Below are positions 12,669 to 21,120 of a DNA stretch of 39,256 nt, one piece after another. Origin of the DNA: Octopus bimaculoides. Taxonomy: Eukaryota. Position 1 is the first letter of the stretch, and the number at the start of each line of letters is the position of its first letter. The notes below the pieces were generated by a model, which was not told the DNA's origin, made no database searches, and saw only the letters and a program-made list of their open reading frames with translations. The translations under genes were made by a program, and so were the position numbers. The stretch spans positions 44,190,323 to 44,229,578 of the forward strand of contig NC_068997.1 in NCBI RefSeq assembly GCF_001194135.2. The letters are read 5' to 3'.

Positions 12669-12672
12669 AATA
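12478..12672. repeat. Compound microsatellite (TG/CG/TC/TGCC/TGTC/TC/TA)
   Basis: Direct reading. Similar compound tract at about 15510-15815; many (TA)n, (AAT)n and (CAT)n tracts throughout. Confidence 0.9.
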
Positions 12673-12742
12673 TATGAATTAAAGTCCAGAAAATGGAGAA
12701 GTAGCATTGATATAATTTATTAACTGCAAAAATTTAACATGT

Positions 12743-12825
12743 TCTATAGTTGTTTCAATTTTGCTCAAAAGAATTAAATTCCAGTAATTAAAACAGCTTA
12801 TTGGGCAAAATCTTATCAGTGGAGT
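12743..12825 (-). ncRNA. Degenerate mirror hammerhead copy
   Basis: Minus strand reads CTGATAA-GATTTTGCCCAA...TTGAGCAAAATT-GAAAC-AACTAT-A. It retains GAAAC but has G8 to A and stem II/III mismatches. Confidence 0.4.
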
Positions 12826-12905
12826 GAAAAAGACATACCACTAGGTCATTACATATTATTCTTTCAAGAGAAGAAGAATATCTAATAACCTAGTGGGATG
12901 TCTTT

Positions 12906-12989
12906 ACTCCTCTGATGAGATTTTGCCCAATAAGATGTTTAATTACTGGAATTTAATTCTTTTGGGCAAAATCAAAACAGCTGTAAGAG
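12906..12989 (+). ncRNA. Degenerate type I hammerhead (G12 to A)
   Basis: CTGATGA at 12912-18; 12-bp stem II GATTTTGCCCAA/TTGGGCAAAATC; AAAAC in place of GAAAC at 12974; palindromic stem III ACAGCTGT then A; only 2 bp of clean stem I. Confidence 0.5.
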
Positions 12990-13176
12990 AACGTTGAATT
13001 TTTGCAGGTAATAAATTATATTAATGCTATTTCTCCATTTTCTGGACTTTAATTTGAATATATATAAACCAAGATTTATACTTGAACCTATCATTTTAAG
13101 AATATTACTATTCATAACAAAAGTAATTCATTGGATATTTTCTATCCCTTACAGTGGATATTTTAACCTTTATTTA

Positions 13177-13210
<34 letters not shown>

Positions 13211-13341
13211 NNNNNNNNNNNNNNNNNNNNNNNNNNNNNNNNNNNNNNNNNNNNNNNNNNNNNNNNNNNNNNNNNNNNNNNNNNNNNNNNNNNNNNNNNN
13301 NNNNNNNNNNNNNNNNNNNNNNNNNNNNNNNNNNNNNNNNN

Positions 13342-14432
13342 TAAATAATTTGGTTTTTTTATACTTCCTTTATTTTTCAAACTTAAGATAAACAAAGTTC
13401 TTTTTAAACCTAAAGTATACTCGCCTTCATTTTCTACAATGCTCTTACATTTATCTGATAGACTTGCAAGGCCCCTCTTCCAAAATTCACTTGTCTGTGA
13501 TGAAAAATGCTCTTCCAGTACTGTTCTGACCTCATCTACAGAATTCATATTTTTTCCATCCAAATGATCTCAGAGACTGTGGAATAAATGATAATCGGAT
13601 GAGGCAATGTCCAGCGAATATGGTGGGTGGAACATCATTTCCCATTCAAACTGTTCCAGCCTTTGGAATGTCATCTTCATTGTATGTGGCTGAGCATTAT
13701 CCTGATGGAAGAACACCTTTTGTCTTGAAACCAGAGATGGTCATTTTTCTTCTACCGCTGACTTAAGCCGCTCAAGCTGCTCGAAGTAGATCTCCTTTGT
13801 TATTGTTTGGTTTGGGTCTAAAAAGTTCAAGGTGGACTAAACCTTTCATCTCCCACCAAACAGATAACAACACCTTACGTGAGTGAAGACCCTTTAGCCT
13901 GGGGTGCCGGTGTTTCTCCTTTCCCTACCCACTGTCTTTGGTGCTTAACATTTTTATAGAAAACCCATTTCTTGTCACCAGTCACTATTCGGTCCAAACA
14001 AAGGTTTATTCGTGAGATGTGACAGCAAAGAAGAACACACATTCAATCTCTAACTTTTCCTATGGCATACAGGTGTTGACGAATGGCTGAATGACCAAAT
14101 CCAAGCTTCTCTGCTAGTTCCTCAATATTTACAATGGTATTTTGTTCCACCGGGGTTTGCAGGACGTCCTTGTTGAGCTCTACAGATCTTCCAGGACATG
14201 GCTTATCTTCTAGGCTGTAGTTTCTGGCTTGGACCCAATATACTGCATTCATATTCCTTGCACTTTTTGTGGCGTTGTTACCTTTATTGAACTCATAAAG
14301 CAAAATATTCCGAATATGCTCCTTTGTCGCTTCCATTATAGCTTTGAAAAAATAACTGCTAAAATCGAACTGCACTCTTTAAAACTTGCACTAAGAATAA
14401 GTACAAGGTATAATTACAACTTTCTTTTATAG
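13342..14432 (-). mobile_element. Decayed mariner (DD34D-type) DNA transposon, transposase pseudogene
   Basis: Minus-strand fragments: EHIRNILLYEFNKG (HTH), LDRIVTGDKKW, VLLSVWW, VFFHQDNAQPH, HPPYSLDIASSDYHLF, FWKRGLASL...GEY. Contains stops and frameshifts; both ends run into N gaps. Confidence 0.9.
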
Positions 14433-14902
14433 NNNNNNNNNNNNNNNNNNNNNNNNNNNNNNNNNNNNNNNNNNNNNNNNNNNNNNNNNNNNNNNNNNNN
14501 NNNNNNNNNNNNNNNNNNNNNNNNNNNNNNNNNNNNNNNNNNNNNNNNNNNNNNNNNNNNNNNNNNNNNNNNNNNNNNNNNNNNNNNNNNNNNNNNNNNN
14601 NNNNNNNNNNNNNNNNNNNNNNNNNNNNNNNNNNNNNNNNNNNNNNNNNNNNNNNNNNNNNNNNNNNNNNNNNNNNNNNNNNNNNNNNNNNNNNNNNNNN
14701 NNNNNNNNNNNNNNNNNNNNNNNNNNNNNNNNNNNNNNNNNNNNNNNNNNNNNNNNNNNNNNNNNNNNNNNNNNNNNNNNNNNNNNNNNNNNNNNNNNNN
14801 NNNNNNNNNNNNNNNNNNNNNNNNNNNNNNNNNNNNNNNNNNNNNNNNNTTGAAACTTGGTTCTTTTTCCTAAAACTATATATTTATATATATATATATA
14901 CA

Positions 14903-15152
14903 TATCATCATCATCATCATCATCATCATCATCGTTTAACGTCCGCTTTCCATGCTAGCATGGGTTGGACGATTTGACTGAGGACTGGTGAAACCGGATG
15001 GCAACACCAGGCTCCAGTCTGATTTGGCAGAGTTTCTACAGCTGGATGCCCTTCCTAACGCCAACCACTCAGAGAGTGTAGTGGGTGTTTTTACATGTCA
15101 CCCGCACGAAAATGGCCACGCTCGAAATGATGTCTTTTATGTGCCACCCGCA
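14903..15152. mobile_element. Repeat family D ((cat)n-tailed retroposon)
   Basis: Shares ggatgcccttcctaacgccaacc core with copies at about 3495-3790, 15975-16165, 17963-18126, 19640-20185, 23058-23145 and 26795-27312. Confidence 0.8.
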
Positions 15153-15153
15153 C

Positions 15154-15194
<41 letters not shown>

Positions 15195-15263
15195 TACATA
15201 CATATATTTATACATTTACCCTTCAACTAAATGTCATGCTCATCCTATATTATCTTTTTCCAG

Positions 15264-15358
15264 GTATGTAACATGCTGTGCTTTTTCTTTGGATGACTCT
15301 TACCTAGCATCTGGATCCAATGATAAGACAATCAAAGTGTGGATCATGGGAGGCAACG
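15264..15358 (+). CDS. WDSUB1: WDSUB1 exon (YVTCCAFSLDDSYLASGSNDKTIKVWIMGGN), last WD repeat
   Basis: Acceptor tctttttccag. Donor gttagg at 15359 is weak but is the only nearby donor that avoids the TAG at 15361. 95 nt, phase 2 to 1. Confidence 0.9.
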
Positions 15359-16297
15359 GTTAGGAGTAATTTATTAATTCTTTACACCAAAATACATCAA
15401 ATACTTGGCAATTTCTTATTGTATCGCTTTCAAAATTGATTAAAACCTGTGTCTCTGTGTACTGTTTATGTATCCAAACATGGCTGTAAGTGTTTATATG
15501 AATTTATAACTATCTATCTGTCTGTCTGTTCAACCGTCTGTCTGTTGGTTCATCTATCTGTTTATCTGTCCATCCATCTGTCTGTCTATCTATCTGTTTG
15601 ATTGTTCATTCATCTATCAATCTGTCTGTCTGTTCATCTATCCATCTATCTTTGTGTTCATCGTTTTACCTTCACTTGTCTACCCTCTTACCAACCAACC
15701 AACCAACCAACCAATCAACCAACCAACCTACTTACCCCTACTTACCTACTTACCTACCAACCTACTCACCTACCTACCTACCTACCTATATATCTACCTA
15801 TCTACCTACCTACCTTGTCATGCTGTGTCACGCTGAATATCCCCAAGAACTACGTCAAGAGTACATGTGTCTGTGGAGTGCTCAGCCACTTGCACATTAA
15901 TTTCATGAGCAGGCTGTTCTGTTGATCGGATCAACTGGAACCCTCGCCGTTGTAAGCGACGGAGTGCCAACATCACGATCATCAACATTTAACATCTGTT
16001 TTCCATGCTGGCAGGGTTGGATGGCTTGATAGGAACTGGCTAGGCCAGGATCTGCACCAGGTTCCATTGTCTGTCTTAGCTTGGTTTCTAGGGCTTGATG
16101 CCTTTCTTAATGCCAACCACTTTACAGAGTGTACTGGGTGCTTTTTACATGGCACCATCAGCAGCGCTTTCTATAAATTCATCAAACTATTCCAAATAAA
16201 ATATCATTTTCATTTTCCTCTGACAGAAAGAATTCCACCTCACCCCACACACACATAATTAAAAACGCTAAGTGCTAAATATTAATTTCTTTTCCAG

Positions 16298-16549
16298 AAC
16301 CTTCTACAGATGTCAGTAATGTCAGTAGCATAGCCTCTCAGACATTTCCTTCCCCAGAAAATATCTCTGTGGATTCTGCAAAGTCAGAGCAGCAGAAACC
16401 AGTTTGCAAATGGTCCGTCGATGATGTATGTAACTGGCTTGAACAGTCTGGATTAGACAAGATTACTGAAATATTCAGAAAACATACCATTGATGGGCAT
16501 GAACTGTTGATGCTGTCAGATGATGTCATTGAGAAACAACTGGGAATAG
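16298..16549 (+). CDS. WDSUB1: WDSUB1 exon: Ser-rich linker plus N-terminal SAM domain (KWSVDDVCNWLEQSGLDKITEIFRKHTIDGHELLML...LGI)
   Basis: Acceptor ttcttttccag, donor gtaaga at 16550. 252 nt, phase 1 to 1. SAM motifs WS..DV..WL, IDG..LL.L and LGI. Confidence 0.9.
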
Positions 16550-16636
16550 GTAAGAAGTTATTGTCTTATTCAAAAAAGACTGAAGGAGATTTGGCTTGTT
16601 ATTTCTAGCAGGTTGAAATACCGTATAGGACAGGTA

Positions 16637-16945
16637 GTGGAGGCGCAATGGCCCAGTGGTTTGGGCAGCGGACTAGCGGTCGGAGGATCGCGGTTTTGAT
16701 TCCCAGACCGGGCGTTATGTGTGTTTATTGAGCGAAAACACCTAAAGCTCCACGAGACTCTGGCAGGGGTTGGTGGCAACCCCTGTTGTACTCTTTCGCC
16801 CCCAACTTTCTCTCACTCTTTCTTCCTGCTTCTTGAGTAACGCTGCGATGGACTGGCTGGGGGAGGCCAACATATACGCCATAGAAACCCAGAAACCGGG
16901 CCCATGAGCCTGGCTAGGCTTTAAAAGGGCACAAAGAAAGAAAGA
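16637..16945 (+). mobile_element. SINE with a family B head and a different 3' module
   Basis: Family B-like to about 16828, then cttcttgagtaacgctgcgatgg...atgagcctggctaggctttaaaagggc plus an (aaag)n tail. Confidence 0.75.
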
Positions 16946-17962
16946 ATAGGACAGATATGGGCAGGCTTTGTCAAAAAGCAGGCTGCATGAGACATGGCTC
17001 ATCATCAGGTGGGCTAAACAGATTCAAGGTAAATTTTTTGTTAGGTATTCTATTCAGAAAGTCTCACAGGCTGCAATTTGCCCATGGTTGGTGTAGAACC
17101 TCCTCTGGTTACTTATCCAAATTATGATGGCTGTTATTGTTTAGCCCTAGGTATTACCTGGTCAAGCAGCCCTATGATTAATAATGTTCCAGCTGTAACC
17201 ATTCTGTGGTTTTTTGAGATGCAATACCTTTATGACTGTGAAGGCATATGGTTTAGTGGTTAGGGTATTCAGCTTATGATCATAAGGTTGTGAGTTCGAA
17301 ACCTGGCAGTGTATTGTCTATGGGCAAGATACTTTATTTCATATTGCTTCAGTCCACTCAGCTGGCAAAAATGAGTTGTACCTGTAATTCACCAGGCCAA
17401 CCTTGTCACATTCTGTGTCATGCTGAATCTCTCTGAGAACTGCTTTACAATTATGTGCATCTGTGGAATGCTAAGCCACTTGCATGTTAATTTCATGAGC
17501 AGGCTGTTCCGTCGATCGGATCAACTGGAACCCCTGTTGTTATAACTGATGAAGTACCAGTTATTATATAATATATCCTTCTTCTTTTTGTGAGATTGTA
17601 GGCCTCATTGACTTCCATAGTTTGATGATTGAATAGATTTGTGATGCGCCATTACAGGTGTACTGAATCTTTACATAGTTGCACATCATACTGCACACTT
17701 TGATATGCATTGATTTATTATATGGTTTGCACTGTGGTAGACTGACTTCATTGCATTTTTCAACAGTGATTTTAGTTCTGTATAGATGTAGGTTGTGGTA
17801 AACAAGACAGTTTCTACAATACTGCTAAATATTTGTTTATAATGTGTACTCGTGTATAACATGCACCGGTAATTTTGTGCTATTCCTGAAAAAATATATC
17901 TCACATACAATATGCAGCTTTTATCTTATTTTTTGTATTAGTATCATGGTGTATAGAAAGAG

Positions 17963-18126
17963 ACTACACTCTCTGAGTGGTTGGCGTTAGGAAGGGCATC
18001 CAGCTGTAGAAACTCTGCCAAATCAGACTGGAGCCTGGTGTTGCCATCCGGTTTCACCAGTCCTCAGTCAAATCGTCCAACCCATGCTAGCATGGAAAGC
18101 GGACGTTAAACGATGATGATGATGAT
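17963..18126. repeat. Family D copy, perfect inverted match to 14919-15082
   Basis: 164/164 reverse-complement identity, checked base by base. Confidence 0.92.
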
Positions 18127-18318
18127 AGAAAGAGAATGTTAAAATCTATCTATATTCCATCATCATAATGATATAAATTGATAAACATATTGATATTCCT
18201 TCATCTTAATGTAAATAGTTAAAATGTATCTGTACTCCTTCATTACAACAAATAGTTAAATGCTTCTATACATTTTGAAATTGTTAAAATGTCCCAAATT
18301 TCTGTTTTTTTCTTTCAG

Positions 18319-18405
18319 AAGCATATGGAAGCAGAAGTAAAATTATTCGTGCAAGGGACCAACTTACTAATCAAGTGTCTACATTTTCTCTGATGTCTCT
18401 AAAAG
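18319..18405 (+). CDS. WDSUB1: WDSUB1 exon: SAM helix 5 plus linker (EAYGSRSKIIRARDQLTNQVSTFSLMSLK)
   Basis: Acceptor ttttctttcag, donor gtttgt at 18406. 87 nt, phase 1 to 1. G.R.KI motif of SAM helix 5. Confidence 0.85.
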
Positions 18406-18422
18406 GTTTGTTTTAGTATTAC

Positions 18423-18581
18423 ATTTCTCCATTTTCAGGACTTTAATTTGAATATATATAAACCAAGATTTATACTTGAACGTATTATTTTAAGAATATT
18501 ACTATTCATAACAAAAGTAATTCATTGGATATTTTCTATTCCTTAAGGTGGTTATTTTAACCTTTATTTAGACATATATAT
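18423..18581 (+). repeat. Second copy of the distal part of the 12.7-13.2 kb element
   Basis: Matches 13029-13190 with about 8 substitutions in about 160 nt (hand count). Confidence 0.9.
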
Positions 18582-18743
18582 AAAGGTGGTGCTCCAGCAT
18601 GGCCACAGTCAAATGACTGAAACAAGTAAAAGAGTAAAAGAGTATATATATATTGGATCATCCCATAAATAGTATTTGGTTGTATTGTAACTGTTAACAT
18701 TGTGTATTGGCTATAGTTTGGGAGTGTTAACATGGAGTGTTTT

Positions 18744-18868
18744 CTGTAGTATTAATGTGATGTGTTGGCTGTAGTGTTAATGTGATGTGTTGACTGTAGT
18801 GTTAATGTGATGTGTTGGCTGTAGTGTTAATGTGATGTGTTGACTGTAGTGTTAATGTGAGGTGTTGA
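18744..18868. repeat. 25-bp tandem repeat, 5 copies
   Basis: Unit ctgtagtgttaatgtgatgtgttg(g/a) at 18744, 18769, 18794, 18819 and 18844. Confidence 0.92.
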
Positions 18869-18964
18869 TGATAGTAAATGTCAAAAAAATTATATTTCCT
18901 TCAGATATTGTTACTGTGATATAAGAAAATAATGAAGGATCTTTCGTTAAATTTGTTTTAACAG

Positions 18965-19030
18965 AGCCACCTGATGAATTTCTGTGTCCAATAACCAGAG
19001 AGATTATGAGAGATCCAGTGATTGCTTCAG
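18965..19030 (+). CDS. WDSUB1: WDSUB1 exon: U-box N-half (EPPDEFLCPITREIMRDPVIAS)
   Basis: Acceptor ttttaacag, donor gtcagt at 19031. 66 nt, phase 1 to 1. Canonical U-box start. Confidence 0.93.
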
Positions 19031-20624
19031 GTCAGTGTAGAAAAGAGACATGGTATTGTTGTCAGCTTGTAGCTGCCCTTTCTCAACATTAATATTGGTT
19101 TCAAATTTCAGTACAAGGTCAGTAATTTCAGGGGAGTGAGTAAGTTGATCACATTGACCCCTGTGTTCAACTGGTACTTATTTCATTGCCCCCCNNNNNN
19201 NNNNNNNNNNNNNNNNNNNNNNNNNNNNNNNNNNNNNNNNNNNNNNNNNNNNNNNNNNNNNNNNNNNNNNNNNNNNNNNNNNNNGAAGATGAAAGGCAAA
19301 GTTGACCTTGGTGGAATTTGAACCTGGAACATCAAGATAGATGAAATGCTTTGTCGTTTATTCCTTTTGGAGCCAATGAAATAAGTGCTAATTGAACATT
19401 GGGGTCAATATGATTGACTAAACCTCTTCCCTAAAACTTCAAATCCAAAGTAGAAAGAAAAAAAAAATTATTATTAATAAGTTGGTAAGCTTGCAGAATC
19501 GTTAACATGCAGGACAAAATACTTAGTAGCATTTCATGTCTTTACATTCTGAGTTCAAATGCCACTGGAGTTGACTCTGCCGTGGTTGATTTTGCCTTTC
19601 AGGCAAGTGAAATTGAAGTTGAAATCAAACCAAATTCGACGACTGGCACTCATGCCAACCTTCCTTCATTGGACACTAAACTCTGCTTGCAAAGACCTGT
19701 TGGGGCAAGTGAAATCGAAATTGAACCAAATTTGATGACTGGCATCCGTGCCAGTGGAGCACTAACAGCACCATCTGAGTGGGATCACTGCAAGAGTAGC
19801 TGTCTGGCTTCCGTGCCAGTGGCAGACAAAAAGCGCCATTTGAGCGTGATCGTAATTAGCATTGCCTTACTGGCACGTGAACAAAACATTCGAACGAGGT
19901 CGTTGCCAGTGCCACTGGACTAACTCCTGTGCAGGTAGCACGTAAAAAACACCATTTGAGCATGGCCGTTGCCATTACCGCCGGACTGGCCCTCGTGCCG
20001 GTGGAACGTAAAAGCACCCACTACACTCTCGGAATGGTTGGCGTTAGGAAGGGCATCCAGCTCTAGAAACTCTGCCAGATCAGATTGGAACCTGGTGCAG
20101 CCATTTGGTTTCACCAGTCCTCAGTCAAATCATCCAACCCATGCTAGCATGGAAAGCGGATGTTAAATGATGATGATGATGATGATCCTTTCAGGGTTGA
20201 TAAAATAAGTACCAGTTGAGTACTGGGGTTGGTGTAATTGACTGGAACCCACTCCCAAAATTTCAGGCCCAGTGCCTATAGTAGAAAGGATTATTGTTAT
20301 TATTATGAATAAAGTGGTGAGCTGGCAGAATCATTAGCACCCCAGACAAAATGCTTAGCAGCATTTTACCTATTACATTCTGAGTTCAAATTCTGCTCAG
20401 TTTGACTTTGCTTTACATCCTTTTGCAGTTGATGAAGTAAGTAGTAGTTAAGCAATGGGATCGATGTGATCAACTTTCCCCTTCCTCTGAAATTGCTGGT
20501 CTTAAAACCATTATTATTATTATTATCGTTATTATTATATTTTAAAAAAGGATTGATGTAACTCTTCATGAGGGTAAATAGTCAAAACGAAGAGCGCGAT
20601 TCGATTGTATAGATGTTTTATTCG

Positions 20625-20667
20625 TTGAACTATATTTCGACAGCATGTCTGTCTTTCTCAAGTTCAA
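20625..20667 (-). ncRNA. Mirror copy of the minimal hammerhead motif
   Basis: Exact reverse complement of 20749-20791 in the left palindrome arm. Confidence 0.65.
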
Positions 20668-20748
20668 AACAAAAGGTGATTAAAAATTCAAAATTTCAGA
20701 AATCTAAACGTAAACTATGAAATTTTGAATTTTTAATCACCTTTTGTT

Positions 20749-20791
20749 TTGAACTTGAGAAAGACAGACATGCTGTCGAAATATAGTTCAA
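20749..20791 (+). ncRNA. Minimal type I hammerhead ribozyme, U3-A8 core variant
   Basis: Stem I TTGAAC(20749-54)/GTTCAA(20786-91); core TTGAGAA plus extra A; stem II GACAG-ACATG-CTGTC; GAA; palindromic stem III ATAT; predicted cleavage after A20785. Confidence 0.65.
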
Positions 20792-20835
20792 CGAATAAAA
20801 CATCTATACAATCGAATCACGCTCTTCGTCTTGAC

Positions 20836-20877
<42 letters not shown>

Positions 20878-20910
20878 GATTATGATTATTGCATTTTCAT
20901 TTCTTAACAG

Positions 20911-21059
20911 ATGGCTACACTTATGAGAGGACAGCAATTGAGTCCTGGATCAAATCTGGCAGTACGCGCAGTCCCATGACCAATATCATTCTTCCTAGTC
21001 AACAGCTTATTCCTAATTTAACTGTGAAAATGTTAATCCAGAATCATGCTACTACATAA
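20911..21059 (+). CDS. WDSUB1: WDSUB1 last coding exon: U-box C-half (DGYTYERTAIESWIKSGSTRSPMTNIILPSQQLIPNLTVKMLIQNHATT*)
   Basis: Acceptor tttcttaacag, TAA at 21057-21059. U-box motifs DG.TYER.AI..W and SPMTN. Confidence 0.93.
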
Positions 21060-21074
21060 GGCCATCTATGTGAG

Positions 21075-21120
<46 letters not shown>

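Larger units (their letters stand above)
12677..13054. repeat. Imperfect palindrome (about 175-bp arms), second hammerhead-bearing foldback element
   Basis: 12677-12851 pairs with 12883-13054 (aattaaagtccagaaaatggagaa...ccactaggtcatta versus taataacctagtgg...ttctccattttctggactttaatt). The spacer is itself partly self-complementary. Confidence 0.85.
20577..20839. repeat. Near-perfect palindrome (122-bp arms, 19-nt spacer); probable inverted Penelope-like pLTR pair
   Basis: 20577-20698 is the reverse complement of 20718-20839 at 120/122 positions (compared by hand). The pLTR identity is inferred from the embedded hammerhead motif. Confidence 0.9.
783..21059 (+). other. WDSUB1: WDSUB1 gene span (5'-partial; 10 coding exons in window)
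   Basis: Ten exons with GT-AG boundaries and compatible phases join into one ORF: 4 WD40 repeats, Ser-rich linker, SAM, U-box, stop. The domain order and motifs (AHDL..CDF, LATCGQD, GH.APV, HTRYVT.CAF, PDEFLCPIT, SPMTN) match WDSUB1 as recalled. Confidence 0.93.

Noticed and set aside
12862-12870. ttcaagaga, the common shRNA vector loop, at the hairpin apex
   Set aside because: A 9-mer coincidence in a diverged natural palindrome; no vector sequence nearby.
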